Assembly: GCA_965178125.1 (NCBI GenBank)
Contig: OZ237749.1
Span: 682,001 to 746,000, forward strand
Length of the DNA stretch: 64,000 nt
From: Bilabrum cf. latius
Lineage: Eukaryota
Reading direction: 5' to 3'
The notes under the pieces are model-generated. The model was not told the origin of the DNA. It worked only from the letters and a program-made list of their open reading frames with translations, and did no database searches. The translations under genes were made by a program, and so were the position numbers. This document shows positions 12,939-24,885 of this stretch, piece after piece (the first letter of the stretch is position 1; each line of letters starts with the position of its first letter).

Positions 12939-15900
12939 GGCCACAGCTTGTATTGCTGTTTGTGGGTCTTCAGTTGTGATTGTTGTTTGGTTGTTATCGT
13001 TTGCAAGTTCCATGCAATTCCGGTTAATGAACTGGACTGTTCGGACGGAAGCTTCCCATAGAAACGCCCAACAGAATAGAGCAAGAGTACGAAGAATCCA
13101 ACAGCTGCACATACACACAATATTTTCAGTTCACATAGTTGGATTGCAATGACTCGTTGCAATGGCATACCACTGGCAAGGTATGCATGGTCGCATGACT
13201 GCTGAATGGTCGCACTGCACAGGCCTTCAAGGCCGTTTTCTGGCGCATCAGCGCGTACGATTGCGCAGTAAGAGTAACAACATGGAGAGAGTGGAAAAAT
13301 CGATTCCGCTTCAGACACATAAACAATCAAGCCAAACCACATGTCCGGGAGCATCATTGCAGCTGCTGCCTCACACAGATGTCGCGTTGGCGCCGTCCTT
13401 AAAGCCCGGGCCACTGGCTGGAACAGGAGAGGACTGCCCACTTGGCTGCACATGAGCACTAGTAGTATCTCCAGTGCGCTCGGGGGTTGGTTCCCCATGC
13501 TGCACCGGCTTGCCCGTCGCCCCGCTCGTCTGCACTCCACTGCCGATGCGAGCTGGGGGAGAGCAGCAGCACGGGCACGGCAAGAACACGTGCCACAGCC
13601 ACTGCAAGCACGACATCGGCGCCTCTCCAAACAGCTCCCGGTGCGAGTTCGTCGCGTTCGCCATCGCGTACACCAGCATCAGGAAGAAGATGCACACGGA
13701 CACCAGCGCGAACACCAGGCCCACATTGTGCCGCACCGTGTCGCTGGTACCGTCCACGATGCGCGTGGTGACGATACGCCCGTTCACGCACTGCTTGCCG
13801 CTGGGGATGCCCTGGCCCTGCCTGTCTGAGCGGTCGTCGGCCGAGCTGATGGTGTAGTCCGGGTTGCACTCCTGGCAGATACCCTGCAGACACACGCCCT
13901 GCCACAGAATGGCGCGGGCGTAGCCGTCGCGAGGCACCTGCGACTGCGATAGCATGTGTCCCCTGCCGGTGGAGTTCCAGAAGCGGGCATCGCCGCAGAA
14001 GCCGTCGTTGGGAGTGTACCTGTTGTCACCGTCGCCGCCGATCCGCGGGATGTTGACCACCTGGGTCTGGCTCAGACGAGACGTCAGACCGTACACGTTC
14101 ACGCCCTAGGTCCTGCACAGCTTGCCGAAGAACTGCCAGCCCGCTCCCTCCTTGTTCTGGCACGTGCCGTACGTCCGGTGGGACCAGTTGTCGCACACGT
14201 ACTCTCCCTGGTCGTTCTAGCAAATGCCCATGTCCGTCTGGCAGTACTGCCCGTCCTCGCACATGCCGTCGTTGGTGCACTCGAGGCATCGCGTGCGCGG
14301 CTGCACGCGCTGGCCCATCCTGGAGTCGTACGACGGCACGTCAGCGCAGATGGTGAAGCGGTGCTCGTCGTTGTTGTCGCTGGCGTCCTTGCGGTCTTCC
14401 GAGGGATGGTCCTTGTTGCGCACACAGTCGTCGTTGTGGATGCACTCCCCTCGCACGCTCTCATGCGACGCACGCACGGACATCTGCATGTAGTTGGCGT
14501 CGCACGTGCTGCCTCGGGTGACCGTGATCATGTACGTGCCCACCTCGGACATGCCCGTGCGGGCCGTGGGACGGCCGAACGGCTGGGCTAAGGCGCTGCG
14601 CGAGCCAAGGCTGCCGACACCCGAGATGGAGTCCGACTCCGAGTAGCTGTCAACGAGGGCGCCGTATCGAGAGTGCGTGCCGGGGAAGGGCTGCACCTGT
14701 GTGGAGCCGTCATCCTGGAAAGGACGCACGTTCGTGCTCCGGTCCACGGATCGGAAGCGCACCTGCATGGCGTTGCGAGGAGGATGCTTGACGAAGTTCA
14801 TGCCTCGGCCTGCGCCCAGCTGCACGTTGTCCACGATCACGGACAGGTTGTTGAAGAGGTCCCGCTCGTAGTGCACGAAGAAGATGGCCTCCCTGTCCGG
14901 GAACTCCCCGTTGTGGATCTCTCGCTCGTCGATGGTGACGTTGTTGATGGGCTCGGACTCTCCAAACTCGCCGTCCTCGCGGAAGTCGTACAGCACAGGG
15001 TAGTGCTCCAGGCCCGTGATGGTGACGGTGAAGTCGATGAACACTCCCAGCGCGTACGGGTACTGTCCGTCGCTGCTTGGGAAGGCCACATCCTCGTCCT
15101 CGAACACCTCTCCGCCGGGCACCTGCACCTCCACACAGGCAGGGTACTGCGTGCCGGCTGAGTCATCGGCACCGCCGTCGTACTCCACGCGAGGCAGACG
15201 GAACCGAATCCGGCCCGCGGCATCGTAGTGGTACTTGGCCTCTTGGTCCTCCAGCGACGTGTACGTCTGCGAGCTCGTGGCAGGCTCATACCCGGGGATG
15301 CGCACCTGCCAGAAATCGCTGATCTCGTCGTTCTCGATGGCAGTCACATTGGGCAGAGGCATCACGCTGGGATCCGCCTCGATGGTGATCTCGATGGTCT
15401 TGGGGGGCAGGCCCATGGACGCGAAGTCTTCTCCGATGGGCACGCACACGGCCTGGCCTGGCCTCGTGTATCCGTTGATGGCCACGGTCTTGTTGGCCGT
15501 GAGGCGTGGCACGGAGTCCAGATAGATCTCGCCGTTGTCCTCACTGTTCACGTTGTACCCGATGCTACCCTCGCCGTACAGCTCGCTGTAACCGCCCTGA
15601 TACGTGCCGTTGCGCGTGACCATGCGGGCGGCCAAGTGCCACTCGAAGCCGTCGTCGTCGAGACGCGCCACGTTGCGCATGTCGAAGACGATCTGGTACG
15701 TGCCCACACACCAGGAATTGAGCTGCGATGGAAGGCCAAGACATGGGGCAAGCAGGCAGCATGGAGCTGAGGCGCGGCAAAGGGGATGGGGGCGGGGAGA
15801 CTGAGGCTGGGTTGGCAGACACATCGCAGCATTCTGCAGGTGTGCCGTCTCACCTGCTTGGCGTGGCTGTGGATCGGAAGCTGCAGCACATCGTTGCCGT

Positions 15901-16292
15901 CCTCCTGATACGCCCGCACCTCGACCGAGTTCGCTCCGAAGAAGTTGTTGAAGTCCTCCTCCTGAGAGGGCACAGCGTCGATGTCGCTGTAGTCCGTGGA
16001 GGGCGGCAGCACGAAGAACTCGTCGATGGCATCCGTGGCAGATGGATTCCAATAGTCGGTTTGTCCGTTTGCGTTGAACAGGATGATCTGCAGCTGGGCG
16101 CTGTCTTGGTACGGGAGAAGATCGTTGTTGAGCGTGATGCTGAGGACGGACGAGTTCTCTCCTGCATCGCTGATTCCGCGCGCACACGTGAAGTTGGATG
16201 GGCCATAGGAAGGGAGGAGATCAGCGGCGGAGAGCTCAATTGCGTTGGTCTCCGTGCAATCGCTCCTAGTGAGGCCTGCGAAGGATGGGTAG
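9881..16292. repeat. Direct tandem duplication: about 9881-12675 versus about 13498-16292 (period 3,617 bp)
   Basis: Line-by-line comparison shows only about 10 substitutions over the central ~2.75 kb, including intron 2. The flanks (C-terminal tail, most of intron 1, exon 1) are clearly diverged. Confidence 0.97.
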
Positions 16293-16540
16293 TTGACAAG
16301 TGTGTGACCGTTACTTGTCTTCGCAGTGAACAGGCGTTTTTTACCACGATTGGTGCAAGTATAAAACGATTTTTAAAAGTCGTTGTCGATTGTGTAATTT
16401 CTAGGTGTGTATACGTTTTGTTACCCTAGTTCTAGGCGAGTATGTACGCCACCAAGTTTGACGAACAAGCGTGTACATTATTGCTCACTTGCGGATGCAA
16501 TGCTGCTGATGCTGCCCAGCAGTACTACAAGAGGTATCAT
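13371..16540 (-). CDS. Uncharacterised type I membrane glycoprotein, copy B (about 941 aa); exons 16540-16489, 16275-15854, 15722-13371
   Basis: Paralog of 9769-12938 at an offset of 3,617 bp. It has the same 52-nt first coding exon length with a different signal peptide (MIPLVVLLGSISSIASA), the same intron positions and the same two in-frame TAG codons; ends in TGA. Confidence 0.8.
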
Positions 16541-16746
16541 GTTGCAAATTCAGATCCTGGAATTCTTTCCGTCTCGAATTGAGGAGATATGTGACCGCTG
16601 CCACCGCAACGGAAAATCGCGCCACTTGATGGAATTCCGGATTTTGCCAGATACGTCCGTTTCGCTCTCAGGTATATTTTGTCCCATAGGCGCCCTGCCT
16701 TTCTAGCAAAACTTGCCCCGATTGCAGACTAGCGATTATCTAAACA

Positions 16747-17098
16747 ATGAGTGAATTGGGGCTTGTCCATGACTCGCTGGTAGCCAGTGACCGGTCTTTT
16801 TTGTAGATAATGAAATCTGCTGTGCAGCGCCTTGACAGCATCGTGGAGCAAACCGGTGAGTCTTGTACTTATGAAGTTATCGTACACCATTATGATTGGG
16901 GAAGGACGACCTGCATGGTCGCATGGAAGTCGTCGAATGCCTATGGTCGCAAGATTGGTTGAGCCGTTTTTGCTCCTGGCTGGTGCAGGCATTTTGGCGA
17001 CAGAGAAACTTGATGGACTTGAGCGAAAGTTGGAGAGGATAGAGCAGCTAATTTCTTCAGCGGAGCAGAGCACAAGCCAACCCAGAGCAGGTCGATGA
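16747..17098 (+). CDS. BRK1: BRK1/HSPC300-like small coiled-coil subunit of the SCAR/WAVE complex (72 aa); intron 16856-16988
   Basis: The spliced product is MSELGLVHDSLVASDRSFL(TAG)IMKSAVQRLDSIVEQTGILATEKLDGLERKLERIEQLISSAEQSTSQPRAGR-TGA. Its size and ungapped heptad register match my recollection of BRK1 (NREYIEIITSSIKKI...SRLATLNEKLTALERRI). It is absent from the ORF track in this form. The family call is by eye. Confidence 0.55.
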
Positions 17099-17406
17099 GA
17101 TGAGCAACTTCGCGAATCTTGTTGTTGTTAATAGTCCTTGACTCTTAGGCTCGCCACACTAATTTCCTATTATAGACTCTCATTAATCAGATGACCATAG
17201 GCAGTTCAGTATCGGCTGCTTTTGGAGCAGTGTTAGAAGGTGGCTCTGTGTTCGAGAGCATCTCAACTTCATACAATTCTAGAGGTTTACATGCGGTCAA
17301 GTTAAATAGTTGTATCATGATATCACGAATCCAGACATAGCCATAACGCTGCTGGAAGCTCAACGTGAATCCTTCAATGAAACCAACCGGCGGGCTTCAT
17401 CACAGC

Positions 17407-18128
17407 TCAGAAGCTCTCATAGACCGGATTGTCCGGCACGTAGCACACCATCCCGTCCATTTCCTTGGTCAACTTAACTTGGCAGCCCAACCTAGAGGTG
17501 ACTGCAAGATCCTCGGGAAATGGGTAGTCGTCCAGTCGCTCCTTCTCGGTGTCGGTGAGAGCGGGCATCGACTGCCACTTGTCCTGAGGGATGATGACAT
17601 GGCACCCGTGGCACATAGGCCCTACTCCGTACTTGGGCTCCCAAAAATCCTACTTCTTATGATACAGCGCATCCGGCGTGCCGCCTCCGCTGCAGGGGTT
17701 CTCGACCATATCCAGCTTGTGGTCGGCTGCCAACTCTGTGAGTGTCTATCCGACCCGCCCCGGTAGTCGCACACGCTTTCCAGCGTAGTCAACGAAGGTC
17801 ACATTGACACGAGTGTCTTTCACGTGAGCCTGGTCGACACCATCGAACTCTACCTTAATCCCAGCAATTGCGCGCTTTGAGCTTGAATGCAACAGCGCGC
17901 GGCTTCGGGCGCCGAGCAACGAGCTAAACTGATTTGCTGCAAATGATGGGCAGAGAGGAAACGCTTAAGCTATCCGAGATAGAGTGACAAGATAAACAGC
18001 GGTGAGCACACAATGGGAAGGGTGATCATGCAAGCCCCGCTTTCTACGCCGTCGCGATACATCACAGCGCATACATATTTCAACAGGAAGTTCTCACGTC
18101 TGCGCACCAGAGACTACAAAAATCGCAT
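17407..18128 (-). CDS. Mitochondrial adrenodoxin-fold ferredoxin, possibly the complex I-associated type (186 aa); intron 17937-18097
   Basis: Arg/Ser-rich presequence MRFL(TAG)[18 protein letters not shown]; then [20 protein letters not shown](TAG)TL, CHGCHV and [16 protein letters not shown]. Three in-frame TAG; ends in TGA. Confidence 0.88.
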
Positions 18129-18357
18129 TCGAACACGAAGGAGGTCGATGAAGCCCAATATCACAATCTGTATGCTTTTTGTAAAACTGCACGTTACCAG
18201 GAATCATGCTCGGGCGCGTCGACAAGGCATGCATATTTACGAGGTGAGGATTTCAACTGGTGTGCTGTCACTTTGGTTTTTCATAATTTTGTGTTACACC
18301 CGTTTATTAATGGTTGCAATTCGTTTTTCGCTGTTTGATGCAGGCGCTCTTGTCGCC

Positions 18358-21300
18358 ATGATCGCTGTGGCTTCGGTCATTGCTGCTTTGTCAGTGTCTG
18401 TGCAAGCCCAGACTTACAATATCGATGGAACAGCCAAGGGGCGCACCTTTGATGGAATTGGTGGTCTCTCTGGTGGTGGTGCAACGTCAAGGCTGCTGCC
18501 GTCGTACTCAGAAGAGAAGCAAGGGGAGATCTTGGACTTCTTGTTCAAGCCCAACTTTGGAGCCAACCTTCACATCGCAAAGGTCGAGGTAAGTGAAGCA
18601 GTATCCAATTCTCCGCAATACGGCCTCGCTTTGACATTTCGTCTAGAATGCTCCGAGCAATCGAACTTCGCAGATTGGTGGCGACGCGTAGTCCACAGGT
18701 AAGTTCTGTCTCCGCCAGCATTGCCCTGGTGATCTGGAAGTATTTAATGTTATGGTGATCAACGATGCGTTATTTCTGTCCATTGTAACGCAGATGGGAC
18801 GGAAGCCTCTCACATGCACTGGGAAGCTGACCTCAACTGCGACAGAGGGTACGAGTGGCTGATCCTGGAGGGCGCCAAGCAGAGGAACCCCGACATCAAG
18901 ACGTACGGCCTCTCGTGGGCATGGCCCCGCTGGGTTGGCGGCGGAGGGAGTACCCCTTGGGACGACGTGGCCAAGTCCTCCAACTACACGATGAACTGGC
19001 TCCAGTGCGCCCGGCAGAAGGGCATCCAGATCGACTACATCGGCAGCTGGAAGTGAGCTCAAGAGTCCGAGTCGGTTGAAATCACATATGAGTATGAGGC
19101 TGTCTGCCCCCGTAGTGTGGCAGTGGCTCCCTGCGCAGGCCAGTCGCCGGGCCGTGGCATGCCCTGGCGGCAGCCTCTGCTCTGCAACCTTGCCGCCGAT
19201 CCCGTGTGCGTAGCGCGTGGCTGGCCACATGCAATGCCCGCGCCGCTGCACCTTGCTTCGGGCAGCGGCGCCCCGCCGGGCCCCAATTAAAAGCCCCTGC
19301 CCCTCAGCTCCCTTCCCATCCCCCCTATACAAATCCCCCTCCTCTCAATCTCTCTCATATTTTTTTCTCCCTATCTCTCAGCGAGAGGTCCTACTCTGAC
19401 GACTACCTCGTCTCCCTGAGGCAGCAGATGGACGCGGCGGGCTTCACGAACACCACCATCGTCGCCCCTGACGCTGGCTGGAACATCGCCGGAGACATCC
19501 TCAAGAACGCGAGTGTGGCCAAGGCCGTCGGTGTGATCGGCGCCCACTACCCCGGCATGCACAGCTCATCGCAGGCCCAGTCCACGGGGAAGCCCCTCTG
19601 GGCCTCGGAGGACGACTCCACCCTCAACTCCAACATCGGGGCCGCGTGCTGGGGCAGGATCGTAAACCGGAACTACGTGGAGGGCCAGATGACGGCGACG
19701 ATTAACTGGAACCTGCTGGCATCGTACATGTGAGTCTAATTTCTCGGTTACCTTGCACTGTGCGCCCCCCGCAGCTGTCTTGTTGCTTTCGTGATGATGT
19801 CATTGGGCTATCTGCGGGCGGGCTGCCTTGACTGAGAGCCTTTGTCTACATGTTCCCTCCACTCTTCCCCCCTAATTTGTTGTTCCGCACCGCAGGCCCG
19901 GCTTGAACTGGTACTCGACTTCCTTCATGACGGCCGACCAGCCGTGGAGCGGCAGCTACATCGTCGAGTCTGAGATCTGGGTGGCTGGACACACTGGCCA
20001 GTTTGCCAAGCCGGGCTGGCAGTACCTGCTCGTAGACAGCAGCTCGCTCCAGACCGGGGACTCGGACCTGGCCAGAGCACAGGGGACGGCCCGCGTGGCG
20101 CTGCAGGGGTCCACCCCTGCCGCCGGCAGCGGCAGCGGGATGCTCCTCGGGGGCGGCTCCTTCGTCACTCTCGTGGATCCCGACTCGAAGGACTTCTCCA
20201 TCGTCATTGAGAAGTTCCACGCCGACAGGTCCCGCTGCGTGCGCCCCGGTCTACCGGAGTACAACACCACGGCCGAGACGGCTACATTCGTGCTCAAGGA
20301 CCTCGTCCAGGGGCAGAGCCAGACCCTCGCCGTGTGGAAGACTCACCTGGCGTACGACGGCGCCAAGAACGTCGAGTTCTCAAGGCTGCCCGACATTACG
20401 GTTACCGCTGACAAGCCCCAGTTCGCCGTGCAGATCGACGTGGACGACATCATCACCGTGACCTCCCTGACCAGCGGGCCGGCCAAGGGCTCGTACCCTG
20501 CCCCGCCAAAGCGGACCAGTTTCCCAGTGCCATACGACGACGACTTCGAGAGCTGCACGCTGCACAGCGAGGGAGCGTACTTCTACGACCAGGCCGGGTC
20601 TTTCGAGTGCCTGCCCGCACCCGGGGGGCGGAGCGGCGTGGCGATGCGCCAGCAGGTGCCTGCGCTGCCCATCTGCTGGGGCGGCGACATCCTGCCAGTG
20701 TCTATGGTGGGTGCCGACACGTTCACCGATGCATCCCAGAGCGTCGATTTCTATTTCGAGGAGTCCGCGCACGACAACGCAACGGCCGTCGTGGCCGCTC
20801 GCATGATCGGCCAGGTCCGGGCGAGGGGCGTGTTCCTCTCGATCGCGCTGGACGGGTCCTACAGCGTCTTCTACCAGATCGAGGACATGAAGCAGCCGAG
20901 TCCCAAGCCAGCCTTTACGGGCAAGCTGCCTGTCTCCGTGAGCCGAGGGGAGTGGCACACGCTGGCGCTGCAGGTGACGGGAGAGACCGCCTCCGGTCAG
21001 CTGGACGGCAAGTCGCTCTTCAGCGGTAGAAGCGTGCACGACTGCAACTGCCCCTTCGGATTTGCCGGCATTGCCGTGGGCGCGTGGGAGCACGTGTGGT
21101 TCGACAACTACAAGCTGATCAGCGCCACAGACAACGGCGCCGTGTGCGCGCACCCGGCAGTCGGCCAGAACGTGCAGGTGCGCGGTTGCTCCGCAGACGA
21201 GGCCATGGGCGAGCGCTGGACCGTGGTGCAGTCTACGGGTCAGCTGCAGCTGCAGTCGAATGCCACGCTGTGTCTCGGCATCAGCGGCACCGACCCCAAC

Positions 21301-21723
21301 TCTGGATTCCCCAACATGGCAGTGGTGCGGTGCGACGCCAAGGACCCGAACCAGCAGTTCATCTTCGATCTCACAGATAAGGCCACCCAGATCCAGCTCT
21401 AGAGCAACGCGTCGCTGTGCATGGATGCCACGGGCGGCTCGTCTGGCCCTGGCACCAACATCGAAGCGTACACGTGCAACGGCGGCAGCAACCAGATGTG
21501 GGTCGTGGACGAGCTCGGCCGCATCATCAATGGAGGGTTCACTTCCCCCAAGAGGTGCGCCGGGCCGTGTGACGGCCTCCCGTGGCAGTCCACCCCTCTT
21601 GATTCGCTGAGCGAGCAGCACCGCGAGTACGTGCTCGAGGGCCGCCAGAAGAAGATGCTGTCGTCTGGGGCTCGTCGCGAGCTCGAGCTGTTGCAGTCCG
21701 AGGAGCAGCAGCAGAAGCTCTGA
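18358..21723 (+). CDS. GALC: GH59 galactocerebrosidase-like secreted glycosidase with C-terminal ricin-B lectin domain (about 896 aa); introns 18589-18673, 18699-18793, 19053-19381, 19730-19895
   Basis: Motifs [32 protein letters not shown](TAG)[21 protein letters not shown] (acid/base Glu), [15 protein letters not shown] (nucleophile Glu) and MTADQPWSG, followed by QxW-type ricin repeats. Signal peptide starts at 18358; an upstream in-frame ATG at 18310 probably lies in a 5'UTR intron 18244-18343. Confidence 0.93.
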
Positions 21724-22440
21724 AACCTTTTGGTCTGGGGGGCGGGAGGCGTCTCTATCCCCGGGGTTATTCCCGGGACGTTTTGACTTATTGCGCGTGT
21801 TTCATTACTTGTCTGCAGAGAAGACGTCAAGCTGGGTGGGAGGCCGCCCGTGTCTGCTGACTGGTACACGGCAAGGCTGTCTCGCTGGGTTTGGTGCGTC
21901 ATCGGGTTCCACGTGATTTTTCGCTTCGGTTGTTTTGCTTGGAATGCCCTACGAGGTGCGCACCTCGAACACATAATTTCTCTGACCACTGCCATTTCGT
22001 TCTGCTTCAAGCACGAATGGGTGCACGCATGCATGCACTGGCAGCACAATCCGGAAGAGCACAACAGCATGAGGCTGCAGCAATCGGCGCCTCGGGAGTC
22101 GAGTCCGAGTCGCGGCAAGCCTTGCGAGCCACGCCTCACACTTGCGCAGCGTCGTATCGGATACTCCAGGATGGCAGCTTCAAGCTAGACTAGGTAGCAA
22201 AGCTACTCCCGCCGATGCATCGACAGCGGTCCCATCAGCACCGCCGGCGGTGGCCCGGTACCGCTGGTCGTGGCAGTGGTGCTGCTAGTCATCTGTGTCT
22301 ACATTGTAAGCTTGCTTGCGCTATATCTATGGCTACTCTGGAGGTACTACCTCGCAAAAGATCACAGCGGAGAGGCTAGGCGGAGCCGCATGTACACCTG
22401 CTCTAGAACTTGATCCCGTCCTTGATCCCGTCCTTCAATT

Positions 22441-24885
22441 TCAATTGGACACCGTTGGCAAGGTGGCACTGCTCTCCACAGGTAATACGCCACTAGACAC
22501 AGTCGTTGTCGACACTGCGTTCGTTGCTGCAGCAGATGCTGCAACCGCCTGTTGCTCACCTGAGGCCGCGCCGCGTTTCCCTGCTATTGCGCTCTCGCCG
22601 GCAATTCCAGCGTTGCTCGCTCCAGTCCCGGGAGGCACTTGCCCTCCAAACGATGACGCTAGCCTAGCTGCATTGGCAGCCAGTTCCGCCGCGCTGGCTG
22701 GGACAGCCATGCCCGACAGCACACCATCGGCCGAGAAAGAGGAAGAGGAAGCAGCAAGGGCGCCAGATGCAGTTGCCGTGCCACGCGCCGCACGTGCCGC
22801 GGCTGCCGCGGCCAAAGCGGCAGCCGACTGTGGAGCAGCACGCGACTCGTCCACGGAGGGCAGCCCGCCGGCATTCAAAGGGCTCGTGTACTGCCCGCCA
22901 CCGGACGCTGCTGCTGCTGCTGCTGCTGCTCGCCCCAGTCCCGTCGTGAGAGGCAGCATGCTGCCGGCATTGGCCGCGGCTGACATGGCCGACACGGGCA
23001 GGCTCACATCGGCGGCAGTGGAAGCAGCATCGCTGGCCGGGGCCGGGTACAGGGCGCCCATTCCCGAAGATGAAGACCCAAAGCCCACTTTTGAGGACGC
23101 CATGGAGTGCGAGCCGCCTGGAAACGTGCCCATCGCAGACAGAGGCTGCTACTACAGAGGCTGCTGCTACTGCTACTGCTACTGCTACTGCTACTGCTGC
23201 TGCTGCTGCTGCGATGCCGCCGCCGACATCCCCTGCCCCAGTCCCTGTGGGCCCAGCCCAGTCCCCCCGAGGCTCCCTGTGGTCAAGGGGCCGAAGCCCA
23301 CGGAAAATCCGCCGAGATCACCGCTGATGCCAGCGGCGGCATCCATGGGGTTTAGCTGGCCCATGGCAAGACCGGCGTGCGGGTCCAGCCCGGCCTGGCT
23401 GATCTGGTCCATGGCCTTGTTCAGCCCACGGGGCTTGATCGCGCGAGCAGGGCCCCCACCTACTCCCGAGCTGCTGTACAGTGACAGCCTGCTCTGCGCC
23501 AGCAGCGCCCTGATCTGATCAGCCAGCTGGGACACGCCGTCCCTGTATTCCTCCCTGTGCACGTGCCTCGCGTGCCTCCTCAGGTTGCTGGGCGTGGTGA
23601 AGGCGTGCTTGCACAGGGGACACTCGTACCCTCGCCAGGACTTGTGCGCGCTCTGCACGTGCTGCCTCAGCTCGTCGTTGCGCTTGAACATGCGGCCGCA
23701 CCCCGGCTCAGGGCAGGGGAACTGCTGCGTCCCATGCTGCGCCTTGGCATGTCTCAGTAGGTTGCTCTTATTGCTAAACTGCTTCTTGCAGACCAAGCAT
23801 GAGAGGTTGGGGAGATCCACGATCGACTCCAGGGGCCCACGGACCACTGCTGCTGCCGAATCAACGGCCCTGCCCGTTGTCTTGCGGTTGCTGCTGCTGC
23901 TGGAGGAGGACGAGGACTTGCTGCGGCCGTTGTACGAGGACGAGGACGAGGCATACAAGGACCTGGAGCCTGCCCCTGCGAGGGCCGGCAGTCCCATGAT
24001 CATCCCGCCGCTGCCATCGCTCAGGGCCGATATGGGGTCCATGGCCTGCAGCCCCACACCCGCCGCAGCTGCCAGCCCAGCGTCCTGCCCGCCCATGGGG
24101 TCTGGCCCCGTGAGTCCAAAGGCGGAGGCAGGCAGGCCCATCCCGGCAGAGAAGTCATACCCACCGCTAGATTGCTGGTGCAATCCCTGAGAAGCGGACG
24201 CTAGCTGTCCCATCGTGGGCAGCACGCCCATGGGCTGCAGCATGCCCATCATCCCCGCGCTCATCCCAGCGCTCGCACCCATGCCCATGCCCCCCGACAC
24301 GCTCCCAGTCTGGGCCAACAGGGCTGCCAAGTCGGGATTCACCCCGGAGCCAGCTTGCAGCATGCCCAGGCCGTACTGAGAAGTGCCCCCACTCCCCCCT
24401 CCCCCTTCGCTCACCCCCAATGCCATCGACGCCACAGCTCCAGCCGCGCCCGAGCTAGCCTGGGCTGGCATCGACAAACCGTGCAAACCCGCAGACACGT
24501 GCAACTGATCGGTGCCACTAGTAGAATTCGAGCTGTTAGATGATGGCTGAATCCAACCGTTCGCGCTGGTGGGAGGCTCTTGCGATTGGCCGTACGAGCT
24601 TTGGAACGAGTTTGGGCCCTGACTTGAGCTGCTCGGCGATCCTTGGGATGCGACCATAGAACCAGCCGATTGCGCTCCAAACACCTGCTACAGCCCCGGC
24701 TATGAGCTGGGGGAGCCCAGCTGGTCGCCTCCAAGAGAGCCAAGCGGCGCAGAGTTTGTCGGAGCACCTGCCCCGGCGATGGGGCCTTGGAATGCCATCG
24801 AAGCAGCCCGTTGCTGCTAGCTCCCGTACTACGGCTGCTGCACGTTCGACATTGAGCTAGTTAATGCTATGGCGGCCTCCTACAT
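22441..24885 (-). CDS. C2H2 zinc-finger transcription factor with Gly/Ser/Ala/Gln-rich regions (about 814 aa; start codon uncertain)
   Basis: Three fingers: CLVCKKQFSNKSNLLRHAKAQH, CPEPGCGRMFKRNDELRQHVQSAH and CPLCKHAFTTPSNLRRHARHVH. Track ORFs 23191-24684 and 22441-23133 share a frame and are joined by a CAG/TAG tract. The frame stays open through TAGs to ATGs at 24798, 24852 and 24885; ends in TGA. Confidence 0.85.
23146..23211 (-). repeat. Coding trinucleotide repeat mixing CAG and TAG (polyglutamine tract)
   Basis: The minus strand reads (CAG)6 (TAG CAG)5 CAG CCT CTG TAG TAG CAG, in frame with the zinc-finger CDS. Confidence 0.95.

Noticed and set aside
9881-16292. Tandem duplication interpreted as a transposon or LTR element
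   Set aside because: There is no transposase, reverse transcriptase or integrase, and no terminal repeats or target-site duplication. The unit is an intron-containing cellular gene.
16373-16375. Apparent in-frame TAA (minus strand) upstream of copy B exon 2, which would suggest TAA is also sense
   Set aside because: It lies inside intron 16276-16488. The GCAA|GTGAG donor and TTCGCAG acceptor are shared by both paralogs and give the correct phase.
21724-22440. Search of the larger intergenic gaps (also 25573-25990) for a suppressor tRNA(CUA) or other ncRNA
   Set aside because: I could not recognise a cloverleaf or A/B-box pattern by eye. The predicted tRNA is presumably elsewhere in the genome; tRNAscan-SE would settle it.
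18689-23211. A-to-I editing of UAG to a Trp codon
   Set aside because: TAG sites correspond to Gln and to disordered regions, not conserved Trp. U-to-C editing cannot be excluded from DNA alone but would need about 150 sites in this window.
20380-23518. Long opposite-strand ORFs (20380-21621 minus, 22316-23518 plus) and many similar ORFs in the track
   Set aside because: These are shadow ORFs of GC-rich coding sequence with no recognisable motifs. The YCYCYC run is the antisense of the CAG/TAG tract.
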